Notes under the pieces: model-generated
Database searches by the model: none
Seen by the model: only the letters and a program-made list of their open reading frames with translations
What the model was told of the DNA's origin: nothing
From: Pseudonocardiaceae bacterium
GTDB taxonomy: Bacteria; Actinomycetota; Actinomycetes; Mycobacteriales; Pseudonocardiaceae
DNA: 28,124 bases
Assembly (NCBI GenBank): GCA_035712045.1
Contig: DASTBN010000213.1
Span: forward strand, 1 to 28,124
Reading direction: 5' to 3'
Part shown: piece after piece, positions 18,384 to 27,121 of the stretch
How the letters are laid out: each line of letters opens with the position of its first letter
Numbering within the stretch: the first letter of the stretch is position 1
Program-made: the position numbers and the translations under genes

Positions 18384-19010
18384 ATGACAACCCACGACGC
18401 CGTGACGACGAGCTATGTCACCGGGCACCGAAGCTCAGGTGATGTGCCGCCGGGTTCGGCGCCCGTACTGGCCGCCTTGTGGTGCCGCTCGGTGGGGTCT
18501 ACGTGGACGCTGGAGCTTCACCAGCTCCGCCGTGGCACACCACACATGACGCTCATGGACTGGATCAGCTCGGGTGTGCCTATCTCACAACCGGAGCCCC
18601 CCGAGGCACTGGACCGCGACCTACTCGCCCAACGCGGGCTGCACCTATTCCGCGATCCGCTCACCGGCCCGTGCACTGACAGTCGGCGCGGCATTGGCTA
18701 CGCGGCGCGAAACGCTGAGCTCATCACTCTCGCGCACCTCATCCAGGTTGAGGCCGTCCAGATCGGGCTCCATCCCGTGATGCTGGCCGTGCACTGGGTC
18801 GCCGCCGGATTTTCTGCCGACGCCGCCACGAGATGGATACGCCAGGGAGTCCCTTCACCGCCAGCAGCACCCCCCGCAACCCACCATCGCAGCCTCGTGC
18901 CACCACCATCAGTCAAGGCGCCCTCACCCCATCACATCGGATCGGCCATAGACGGTGAATCAAATCCGCCCGGCTACCGGTGCGATGTCCAGGAGACCAG
19001 GTCCAGTTGA
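18384..19010 (+). CDS. Hypothetical protein
   Basis: 208-aa ORF directly after STAS, with a WVAAGFSADAATRWIRQG segment and a Pro-rich tail. No function recognised. Confidence 0.55.
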   Translation: MTTHDAVTTSYVTGHRSSGDVPPGSAPVLAALWCRSVGSTWTLELHQLRRGTPHMTLMDWISSGVPISQPEPPEALDRDLLAQRGLHLFRDPLTGPCTDSRRGIGYAARNAELITLAHLIQVEAVQIGLHPVMLAVHWVAAGFSADAATRWIRQGVPSPPAAPPATHHRSLVPPPSVKAPSPHHIGSAIDGESNPPGYRCDVQETRSS

Positions 19011-19012
19011 TG

Positions 19013-19230
19013 TCATCGAAGATCACCATTACCGTCCGCGTTGCCGAGGCCGGGCGAGAAACCTCCAGCCGTAGAAGACGTACCCTTCACCAGCCCGCTC
19101 TCGCTGATCGCGTCAGCGATCTGCCTGTCACGACTTTGGCTCGCGTGCTGGTAAATCAGTGCACGGACAAGTGCCCCATCGAGGCCATCAGTTCTTTGGT
19201 GCTCGCGCCCGTGGCCGCCGCGAGAGCGTT
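19013..19230 (-). pseudogene. C-terminal fragment of a tyrosine recombinase/integrase
   Basis: An unlisted frame reads NALAAATGASTKELMASMGH, then after a frameshift ALIYQHASQSRDRQIADAIS. These are the catalytic His/Tyr-region motifs of phage integrases. Confidence 0.8.
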
Positions 19231-19329
19231 GCGGCGTTGCCAGGGCCGCGATCTACAGCCGGATCAGCCATCGACCGCGAAGGCGCCGGACTCGGTGTAG
19301 CCCGCCAAGAGGAAAACTGCCGTCCGCAC

Positions 19330-19881
19330 CCAGGCGACGCGACATTGGTGGCCAGGCGCACCAGGGTGTTCGCCGCTACCTGGCAGACCTGCCCGGCGAG
19401 GTCAGCCACGTGGTCGTCCCCGGTCGTGGCGGCATGCTTGGCGGCCTGAGCCTCCATCAGCAGACGGGGCAGTGTCGCCGCTAGCGGGCCCGTACCGTCC
19501 AGCCCGGTACGAACCCCAGGAGTAGACGACCGCGCGCTCTAGCTCAGCCAGATCAGGACCGTCGGCGTCGTCCAGCTCGCCGATGAGGTCATCCACACTG
19601 GTCAGCGCGTCACGGATCGCCCAGATCCGATCCTGGTCGGCCACAGCGGCCGAGCCTGGGCGAGCGGGGCCCAGCAGCCCGGCGATGCCGACACCCAACG
19701 CCCGGGCGACACGGTGCAGGCTCCCGATCGAGGCGGTACGCCGCTGGCTCTGCTCCAGCTTGCGGATGAGATCGGTCGAAAGCCCAGCGGCAGCGGCCAG
19801 ATCATCCTGAGTCATCCCCACGTCGATGCGCAATTGGCTGATGCGCCCGCCAATAGTCGGCTCCACGCGGTCGTCGTCCAC
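19330..19881 (-). pseudogene. XRE-family HTH regulator, frameshifted and C-terminally truncated
   Basis: IGGRISQLRIDVGMTQDDLAAAAGLSTDLIRKLEQ HTH. After about 19490 it continues in another frame (LMEAQAAKHAA...LAGQVCQVAANTLVRL). Confidence 0.85.
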
Positions 19882-20109
19882 GGGGACGCCACTTTCCTCA
19901 CCTAGTCCCCCACCAATACCCCGGAGAGCGACCCCGGGGCGGAAACCTCGATGAGGAGATCACTCAAGGCTACGCCGCGACCGCATCGGGCTAGCGCGCG
20001 AACCTCACCGGCCCGCTGCCGGTCTTCACCACGGCCGAGTGGCCGACGTTCACTACCGGAATCCGAGCCGACGAATTCGGCTAGAGAAATACGCGGAACG
20101 GCCCCGCCA

Positions 20110-20837
20110 GGCGGAACGACGCAATCGGCGATTAGTAGGGTCGGGCAGCTGATGGGCCAGGTAGTCGGGCTTGGCCAGCTGGCGCCACCAGTGTCCGCCC
20201 ACCCCATCATCAGGGCTGCCACTGAGCGCACCGGCAGGGTAGTTGATTTCTGGATGCACCGTCCCGACCGGAACCCGGGCCCGGGCGTGCTTGATAGGCA
20301 GAGCAAGGTCGCTGTCGTTCGAGATCACCACAGCCGCATCGATGTTCTGCTCGCACACGTCAGTCAGAAGATGGGTGGCAACGTTCACGTCGGAACACTT
20401 CTCTTCCCGGTCTGCGATCGACACCATGAAGACCGCATCGGGGTCATCAAGCATGGCTCCGGTCTTGACCATCACCGGCCATCCGGGGTGGACGAGCTTC
20501 GGCCGATCTTTGTGATCCGGGACTGCCAACGGCCGAGTCTTGACCTTGCTCGTGTAGTAACCGTATTCGATCAATCCACACTGCCCGACGAAAGTAACGC
20601 CTTCAGATATACATCTTGATCGCGAGATCCGCTCGCGTTGTCACGAGCGCTAATTCGCGCAGTGCAATAGGTCACTCGCGTCACTCGCGCCTGCGTCCAC
20701 GACTCGGCCTGCTCACCGATCAGGGTCGACGCCAATGCCCGAAGGTCAAGCCAACGCCAGCCAGCCACTCCACCACCGAAGTGAGCACGGCCCCCGTAGT
20801 AGAGGTTGAACGCATCCACGTACACACCCACGCGCAT
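20110..20837 (-). pseudogene. NYN-domain (PIN-like/LabA) ribonuclease, frameshifted
   Basis: MRVGVYVDAFNLYYG (start 20837), EEKCSDVNVATHLL and VISNDSDL. A one-base loss near 20572 (GSVD-W-IEYG) and a probable further shift near the C-terminus. Confidence 0.85.
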
Positions 20838-21030
20838 CAGGCGCCAGATGCTATCGCCTCCACACGGCCACCGATACTTGGGGCGAAGATCCTTAATGCC
20901 GGATCCGGCTACTACTTGGCCCGGCGCGCCCCGCGTGCCCCGAGCCGTGCGCCGACCTCCCAACCGGCACCCTAGCGACGACGCTGCCGCATTCCCGTAC
21001 GAAACAGCCAGGGCGCATGCTCCTTTATCC

Positions 21031-21546
21031 ATGCGTACAACGCGTCAGCGATCTCCCCGGGACACTACGAACACCACGCCCGCTACCACGTCACCCGCCC
21101 GGCATCTGATCGCGATGGCCGCGCTTGGCCTGAGCGTCGCTCTGGGTCTATTGGGCTGCGGCGCCCACGCCGCGACCGCACCGCCCGCCACCTCAGCTCA
21201 GGGAGGTTATGGCCAGCGTGCCGTCGAAGAGCTCAGCAACATCGTGAGCGGCAACGACGCCGCTGTCATCGGCGATCTCGACCCGGACATGCACCAACTG
21301 CTCTCCGCTGATGCCCTCGCACAATACTGGACGGCGTTTCAGCAAAAGTTTGGGACTTATCAGTCACACGGCCAACCGGACGTGATTCCGCGAGGCGAGC
21401 TGACCGTGGTCAACGTGCCACTAAACATGGCACGCCAACCCGGACAGTTCCGCATCACCTTTCACCGGGATGGGCGCATCGCGGGACTGTACTTCCTACG
21501 CCCCGGAGTTCCCATGCCCCCGTCCCAATCCGGGGGCAACTCTTAG
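21031..21546 (+). CDS. DUF3887-like secreted/lipoprotein
   Basis: Hydrophobic signal ending LLGC, then LSADALAQYW...FGTYQSHG...VVNVPL...RITFHRDGRIAGLYF. Start moved to ATG 21031. Confidence 0.75.
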   Translation: MRTTRQRSPRDTTNTTPATTSPARHLIAMAALGLSVALGLLGCGAHAATAPPATSAQGGYGQRAVEELSNIVSGNDAAVIGDLDPDMHQLLSADALAQYWTAFQQKFGTYQSHGQPDVIPRGELTVVNVPLNMARQPGQFRITFHRDGRIAGLYFLRPGVPMPPSQSGGNS

Positions 21547-21639
21547 TCACGACCGGTTCAACGAGGACCAGTCGTGACCACGGCTTGTTGCATCCTGGAT
21601 TCAGCTGGTCTCATCGTGCGGGGCAGAGGCGATTCGGGC

Positions 21640-22040
21640 GGGTTCAGCGGATGCCGATCGTCAGCCCGGGTGCTCCGAGCGGGTCGGCACTGAGCGGACG
21701 TCGGTCAGCCCGGCGCGTGCCAGCAGCGTCAGGGCCGCCTCCGCATTCAGCGGGGTTTCGCCGAAGGCGAGAGTCTTGAACCGCGTCAGCGACGTCCTGC
21801 TGCCGGACATCAACCCGGTCGGCGAGCCAGCGTGTCGGCTAGGCCGCCGCACCCGGGCAGCACGAAGCGGGCGAACAGGTCTGAAGCCGAGGCGATGCCA
21901 TCGAGTTGCTCGGGGGAGAACGGGAGGGCGGTGGCGACGACAGAGGTGAGCCCGGCCGTGGCTAGGACCTCGCGTGCGGCGGCGGCGAGCGCATTCTCGG
22001 TCCCCCCACGGCTGGTGAGGCTGACCGCGGCGAGGCACTA
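21640..22040 (-). pseudogene. Internally deleted SAM-dependent methyltransferase remnant
   Basis: Fragments EVLATAGL...DGIASASDLFARFVLPG and FGETPLNAEAALTLLARAGLTDVRSVPT resemble the N- and C-flanks of a HTH-methyltransferase family. The SAM-binding core is missing. Confidence 0.45.
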
Positions 22041-22353
22041 AGCGGGCCCCGATCCCAGTCCCGCAGCGCCGCTGCTATGAGCGTCGCGGCTGCTTCTGTT
22101 GCCTGCGCGCTGGTCATCCCGACCTGCCGCCCGTTCCGATACCGTGACCCGCCACGCCGGAGAACACCAAATCTCCGCCGTCATCCCCGGGGAAACCCAA
22201 CTCGATCTTGAGACGCCTGTGCCTCCCGCACTCACTGGTGTCACGGAAAGCGGATGCCGCTTCCTGAGGGCGTTGGGTGAGCGGAAAATTTTCCCGGCAT
22301 ATTCCCATTCTTAACACAGACTATTGCCAGGCCGTCGGGAAACTCTCGGAACT

Positions 22354-22791
22354 ATGAAAGATCATCACCCGGCGACCATGCCCGCGACTGACGATGAGCT
22401 TAACGCTCGCACCTGTATCCGGGCATACCTGACGCGCCGTCGAGCCGCCGGTCCTGTCACGGTGGATGGCCAGTATGACCGGGGTACGCGGATAGCCCGG
22501 TTCAACTCCGCGCTCGCGGTCATAATCACCAAGGGTGTGGGGTCGATGTGGTGCGCTTATGCCTTCGTCGCCTTGAGCTTGCTCGGCTTGCCCAGCGCCA
22601 TCCAGGCCGGCCTGGCCAGTACCGTACAGTGGATCGCGCAGACCTTTCTCCAGCTCGTCTTACTCTCGATCATCCTGGTAGGCCAGAATGTTCAAGCCGC
22701 CGCCGCAGACAAGCGAGCACATGAGACCTACCGGGACGCCGAGGAAATCCTGCGCCAGGTTTCCCAGATACACGCCCATCTGATAGAATAG
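22354..22791 (+). CDS. DUF1003-like membrane protein
   Basis: VGSMWCAYAF...QWIAQTFLQLVLLSIILVGQNVQAAAADKRA motif with two TM segments. Confidence 0.75.
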   Translation: MKDHHPATMPATDDELNARTCIRAYLTRRRAAGPVTVDGQYDRGTRIARFNSALAVIITKGVGSMWCAYAFVALSLLGLPSAIQAGLASTVQWIAQTFLQLVLLSIILVGQNVQAAAADKRAHETYRDAEEILRQVSQIHAHLIE

Positions 22792-22805
22792 AACACCGCC
22801 GTGCT

Positions 22806-22834
22806 CCGCTCCAGCCTCGCGGCTGGTGGAGCGG
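22806..22834 (+). terminator. GC-rich hairpin after the DUF1003-like gene
   Basis: ccgctccagcc-tcgc-ggctggtggagcgg, 15 nt after the stop. There is no U-tract. Confidence 0.4.
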
Positions 22835-23003
22835 CCGCTGATTAAAGAACACGTGCCTCGCTCAGTGGTTAACGCCGGGTAAGGGATCTGGCTAATGACC
22901 GGTCAATAGGACGGGATACCACTTCGAGCCCGCCTGCCTCGCAATCGGAACACCCGTTTCGGTTTCCAAGCACAGTCCCTCGACTGAACGGCGGGATTCT
23001 TCG

Positions 23004-23285
23004 TTAGTGTCTGCCCTTCACGAAAGGACGCTGATCTGAGCCGTCCACGTTATTACTGTCTCTCATGAAATCCCGCATTTCTTCATCGAATTCCACAACG
23101 CCACCATGGTGGCATTCCACGATGATCCCCATACGCTGAGCCGTGCGCCAGACGGGCAAGTCACGATCGAACGTGACATTCCTGTTGCGCGCTGCTCGCA
23201 CTAAAAGCACGAAGCCGTCGTAATCACTATCCTCGATTTCTTGCAGGTCTCGCAAAACGGCCACCCTATCAATATTAAATGTCAC
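23004..23285 (-). CDS. Hypothetical protein in an AT-richer patch, possibly the 3' part of a larger decayed gene
   Basis: 93-aa ORF. The frame stays open about 130 nt upstream of the GTG. Base composition is visibly less GC-rich than the flanks. Confidence 0.4.
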   Translation of the reverse strand: MTFNIDRVAVLRDLQEIEDSDYDGFVLLVRAARNRNVTFDRDLPVWRTAQRMGIIVECHHGGVVEFDEEMRDFMRDSNNVDGSDQRPFVKGRH

Positions 23286-23623
23286 TGGAGACCGATCGGC
23301 GTTACAAGTATAACTCGATAGTCGTCGCGTGGCGCGACGACCTGGCTTCTCTATCGATATGTACTTGATTCTGCGGCCAAGATCGCACTGACTCGCTTGG
23401 CTCGGAACGGCTTACTCGACTGGCTGGTTACCGGGAAATCACCGTCGGTGATCGAAAGCGCTTACTGATCGTACGCGGGAACACCTCCTTGGTCACGACG
23501 CGTGACAGCCCTTCTTGTCGCGTTATGGAAGTCGGGACCCGCATGGCCGATTTGAAGCGCTGCCAGACATGGACCGCAGCGTGATATCGGCGATTGAGCG
23601 TTGAACAGCTCGAGGCGCGAGGA

Positions 23624-23860
23624 TCAGTCGTTGTCCGGCAAGTACTGGTTGTTCTCGTAGTACTCGAGCAGGTCGATGAACGTCGGGTAGTCGTAGGTGA
23701 CTAGCTCGTCGCCCTCCCAGGTGGCGCCCAGCTCCTCGGCCCACTCCAGCTCGTTGAGACCGGGTGGGGCGTCGGCTGACCAGTGGAACGGCACCATCGG
23801 ATTGAAATCGTTACGCTGGCCCAGGACAACCCGGTCGCCCTCTTCCCACGACCCTGCCAT
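23624..23860 (-). CDS. Small highly acidic, aromatic-rich protein (78 aa)
   Basis: ATG preceded 49 nt upstream by the XRE stop, with GC3-rich codons. 18 D/E versus 2 R and 0 K; 4 W, 5 Y, 3 F. Confidence 0.8.
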   Translation of the reverse strand: MAGSWEEGDRVVLGQRNDFNPMVPFHWSADAPPGLNELEWAEELGATWEGDELVTYDYPTFIDLLEYYENNQYLPDND

Positions 23861-23908
23861 GGTGGTTGATCGTACTCGCGGAGCTGGGTGACGGGTACCG
23901 CTTCGGGT

Positions 23909-25033
23909 CTAGCGCTCGGCGAGCCGGACCGCGTAGGCGATGTCCGAGAGCTCGCGCCGCGCCTGGGGGCTGAGGTCACGATCCTCGGTGAGTTTTTCCA
24001 CCATGGCAGCAGTCGCGGAGCGCAGATGCGGATAATTGCTCAGCAGCGTTGGCTGGGCGAGCAGCAGTGCCCACACCGTGTGCAGGTTCAGCTCAGCCTG
24101 TACGGACCCGGGGTGGAGAAGTTCCAGGAGCTGTTCTAGCGGCCGGACTCCGCTCCAGCCCTTGTGATCGATGCGGTTCATGAAATCGTCATCGACTTGA
24201 ACCTGGTCGATCTCGCCCACCCAGTACGCCCAGTAGTTGAGATTGGCCTGCTCCAGGCGGTCGTGTTCCAGCGAATGCCGCAGCAGGATACGTAACGGCT
24301 CACGATCACCGCTGTGGCTGAGCGCGACGGCGGAGGATCGGACGGCCACCCAGGACGGCACGTCATCGGTCCGTCCGGCGTCCCGCAAGGCACGGCTGTG
24401 CTCGGTCCGCAGCCAGTCCGCTGTGCTCGTCCGGGTATCGAAGCCAAGCAGGTAGATCGCTTGACGGCGGGCGAGCGTGGCGTCCTCACGGGTGAAGGTT
24501 TCCGCGATCTCGGCGAGATGATCGAAGAAGCGCTCCCGTTTCTCCTCGCTGAGCGTCGGATGAACCGGGACTGGCCCTCGCCGAATCCGGTCGGTCCCGA
24601 AATCCTGTAAAGACTCGGGAGCCTGCCCGGTGAATGACCAAGTGATCATGTCGCTCAGCTTGCGCTGGTGAACCGTCGCGCCCAGCGGGTGCCCGTCCGG
24701 GTCGACGAGCTGGGTGCCGGCCTGCACCGCCTCGCCGATGATGAGATCCGCCTGGATGGCGTCCGTCAGCATCGGCAGTAGGATGGGCCGCGCACCGCAC
24801 CGCAACATTTGGAAACGCAGGCGGGTCAGGTCCGCGACGCGTAGGGAGGCCAGCGGTCGGCGACCGCTCTCCCATCCTTGTACACTGGCCACATCGACGC
24901 CGAGCTGCTCGGCCAGCTGCACTTGGGTGAGCCCCGCCGATTCCCGGATCAGCTTGAACAAGAACCCGGACACCGCTCCTGCTGAACGCGGAAAACCTTG
25001 ACCACCGCGCAATGTTCCGCGGCCGCCGACCAT
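23909..25033 (-). CDS. XRE-family HTH regulator with a large helical C-terminal domain
   Basis: LIRESAGLTQVQLAEQLGVDVASVQGWESGRR HTH. The C-terminal RRQAIYL...ANLNYWAYWVGE motif is one I recognise from a widespread actinobacterial family. Confidence 0.9.
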   Translation of the reverse strand: MVGGRGTLRGGQGFPRSAGAVSGFLFKLIRESAGLTQVQLAEQLGVDVASVQGWESGRRPLASLRVADLTRLRFQMLRCGARPILLPMLTDAIQADLIIGEAVQAGTQLVDPDGHPLGATVHQRKLSDMITWSFTGQAPESLQDFGTDRIRRGPVPVHPTLSEEKRERFFDHLAEIAETFTREDATLARRQAIYLLGFDTRTSTADWLRTEHSRALRDAGRTDDVPSWVAVRSSAVALSHSGDREPLRILLRHSLEHDRLEQANLNYWAYWVGEIDQVQVDDDFMNRIDHKGWSGVRPLEQLLELLHPGSVQAELNLHTVWALLLAQPTLLSNYPHLRSATAAMVEKLTEDRDLSPQARRELSDIAYAVRLAER

Positions 25034-25050
25034 TGGTTGCTCTCTTCCTT

Positions 25051-25098
25051 CCAGTTAGTTCGGGGAATACTCGTACTGGCAACCAGTTTTTTCTGGTT
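25051..25098. promoter_or_regulatory. Putative operator array in a divergent intergenic region
   Basis: CCAGT(25051)...ACTGG(25075)-CAA-CCAGT(25083), plus the perfect inverted repeat AACCAG-TTTTTT-CTGGTT (25081-25098). Confidence 0.55.
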
Positions 25099-25223
25099 AC
25101 GCTCCGTCCTAGCGTTGGGTGCCGCAAGTGACGACATACTGACCGCTTCCTAAGGATCGGTGCGGTGTGAGACTGCTACCTACGTCAGCGTGGCGCCGAA
25201 GGTTATCAGAACCGGAAAAAAAC

Positions 25224-25652
25224 GTGCGGGAGGCACAGTACGAGCGCTTCCTGGAAGTGCTTAATGACCTCGTTGAGCGTCTGAGCGTCAAGAAAATCGT
25301 GCCGCCAGCGGTGATGAACGATCACATCGTTCAGGTGCTGGCCGTGGTCATGATGCTGATTCGTCAGCACCAGGTCAACGAACGGGGTCAATGCAGATCC
25401 TGCGCGCGTCGGGGGTGGTGGAGGTTCTGGAGCCGGAAACCTGTGTGCGGCGTGTTCCGGACGACGTGTTTCGTCATGGGCCAGGGATTGGATATGACAT
25501 GGTGGCAGCTGTTCGATCGGGCGGGGAAAAGCTGGGATCTGGTGGCGGTCCGGGAGTGGCTGGAAAACCGGCAGCTCGACAGGAGCTGCGTCGTGTGCGG
25601 AGGAGCCCTGGGTGAGAACTGCAGGTCTTCCGGGCCATCCCGGGTGGCGTAG
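25224..25652 (+). CDS. Hypothetical protein with a putative Zn-binding H/C cluster, divergent from the XRE gene
   Basis: RQHQVNERGQCRSC...RKPVC pattern followed by Trp-rich segments. The likely start is GTG 25224 (the ORF track starts at 25167). Confidence 0.65.
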   Translation: MREAQYERFLEVLNDLVERLSVKKIVPPAVMNDHIVQVLAVVMMLIRQHQVNERGQCRSCARRGWWRFWSRKPVCGVFRTTCFVMGQGLDMTWWQLFDRAGKSWDLVAVREWLENRQLDRSCVVCGGALGENCRSSGPSRVA

Positions 25653-25668
25653 TGGCATCTGGCCGGCC

Positions 25669-26067
25669 TTAGTGATCCGTGAAGGCCGCTCTGAGAGCGG
25701 TGACCATGGCGGTCTGGTCGACGTCCCCGATGGCGACGATCCGGTCGAGTTCCGATTGGCCGCAGATGCCGATGAGGTGCATGATCAGCTTGTCGAACTT
25801 GGCCTGGATCTCGACCGCGTAACGGTCCGTTAGCCGGGTCAGGTCGCGATTCAGCCGTTCGACGCCCTGCCGTGCTTCATCAGTCACGATCCGTTCTATC
25901 TCGTGGGCGATCGATCCATTGAGCTGATTGAGTTCTGTTCGCAGGTCCCGTCTCGCCTCGTGCGCCAGCCGGATCGTTTCCCGGCATTCGGCCACCGTTT
26001 GTTCCAGCTTGTTGATGAGCTTGGCTGGGTCCTGCGGAATCACTGCGGCGTGCCGTGTCCTGCTCAT
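25669..26067 (-). CDS. Coiled-coil hypothetical protein (phage/ICE-like)
   Basis: Heptad-like ECRETIRLAHEARRDLRTELNQL, with ATGA coupling to the upstream ORF. Confidence 0.65.
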   Translation of the reverse strand: MSRTRHAAVIPQDPAKLINKLEQTVAECRETIRLAHEARRDLRTELNQLNGSIAHEIERIVTDEARQGVERLNRDLTRLTDRYAVEIQAKFDKLIMHLIGICGQSELDRIVAIGDVDQTAMVTALRAAFTDH

Positions 26068-26354
26068 GACGGCTGCCCGCCGCGGTGCGGCTGAGGATCG
26101 AGATCGAGCGGAATAGATGGCAGGGGCGGTCGCGGGGTGTTCGCCACGGCGAACGCCAGGGACCAGGCCGCGCTATCCAGGTCGACCCGGCTGCGGCCAG
26201 CCTCATCGCTAGTGACAGCGGACGCGCCGCGCACAAGATCCTCGAGCGCCTGCGCGCGGCGGTACAGGTCGTTGAACGTGACGCGGAACCAGTCCATCAC
26301 CTGCGTTTGCCACAGAACTTGTGGCACTACGGGTATGTGGTGATCGTCGCTCAC
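26064..26354 (-). CDS. Hypothetical protein (phage/ICE-like)
   Basis: GTG start preceded by GGAGGAG, and its stop overlaps the next start. Confidence 0.6.
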   Translation of the reverse strand: MSDDHHIPVVPQVLWQTQVMDWFRVTFNDLYRRAQALEDLVRGASAVTSDEAGRSRVDLDSAAWSLAFAVANTPRPPLPSIPLDLDPQPHRGGQPS

Positions 26355-26482
26355 GATGTGCGCTCCTCCGGCATTGAGCTGTGTGATGGTCTTCTTCGCA
26401 GGTGATGGACGCCGCTCGATCGGGTGGAGTCCAGGTACTCATCGCTCGCGGGACCGCACTGGTGACACTGATCTTGTGGCAT
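26351..26482 (-). CDS. Putative 43-aa leaderless first ORF of the leftward operon (not in ORF track)
   Basis: MPQDQCHQCGPASDEYLDSTRSSGVHHLRRRPSHSSMPEERTS*. The ATG is 8 nt after a predicted -10 and the TGA overlaps the GTG of the next gene. Confidence 0.4.
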   Translation of the reverse strand: MPQDQCHQCGPASDEYLDSTRSSGVHHLRRRPSHSSMPEERTS

Positions 26483-26490
26483 GACGGTGA

Positions 26491-26519
26491 GTGTTACAGC
26501 GGTTACGCTGTGTTGTCAA
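26491..26519 (-). promoter_or_regulatory. Leftward sigma70-type promoter with overlapping palindromic operator
   Basis: Minus strand TTGACA-N17-TAACAC. The inverted repeat ACAGCG-gtta-CGCTGT (26496-26511) sits in the spacer, and GTTGTCAAC (26512-26520) is itself palindromic. Confidence 0.6.
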
Positions 26520-26645
26520 CTAAGCTATCGGGTTGTAATGACGGCCGTGGATCCGGCGACACCATGGTCAAGGTCCTCCCCAGGCGCGGGGTGGTCCTAG
26601 CGACACCACCACACCGCTCCGGGGAGTAAGTGAGGACCGCCAGCC

Positions 26646-27074
26646 GTGGCATCACCACGCGACGCAGCAGCCGACGACTACGACGAGCGCACCGAAGGCA
26701 AGGGCCACCTGCGGGCGCTGCTGCTCGAAGCCGGAGTCAGCAGCAAATGGTCCACCCGCACGCTTGCGACCCGGTGCGGCCACCAGCTCTCGTCCGAAAC
26801 ATGGCGTCGCCTGGCCGCGCCCGTCGACAAGGCGCACCCCTGGGAGCCCTACGTCCTGCGCATCGTAGCGGAGACGCTGCGTGGCCTCGGCGCTAATATC
26901 ACATTGGCGGCCATAGAGCACGCAGCACTCACCGATTCTGGTTATCTGGGCTTCGCAAACCTCCAGTCGGGCGATCACATGGCCGATGTAGCGATGAGTC
27001 TGGTCCAGCGCCTGACCCCTGACGAGCGTGTGCAATTCTTGAAGGATCTGATCGCGCTCGTGGCGGGACGCTGA
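26646..27074 (+). CDS. Putative phage/ICE-type repressor (HTH-like)
   Basis: WSTRTLATRCGHQLSSETWRRL is an HTH-like segment. The gene is divergent from a small-gene operon across a promoter/operator region. Confidence 0.55.
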   Translation: MASPRDAAADDYDERTEGKGHLRALLLEAGVSSKWSTRTLATRCGHQLSSETWRRLAAPVDKAHPWEPYVLRIVAETLRGLGANITLAAIEHAALTDSGYLGFANLQSGDHMADVAMSLVQRLTPDERVQFLKDLIALVAGR

Positions 27075-27121
27075 CTGCCCAGCGATCACTGGGGGCACCG
27101 GCGACGAGGGGAAGCGACTGC

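Noticed and set aside
20806-21030. N-terminal 75-aa extension of the DUF3887-like ORF
   Set aside because: It overlaps the start of the divergent NYN gene and is low-complexity; the signal peptide fits a start at 21031 or later.
24486-25127. 213-aa alternative-frame ORF over the XRE gene
   Set aside because: Same-strand overlapping frame, Arg/Gly/Pro-rich with no motif; the XRE frame is clearly the coding one.
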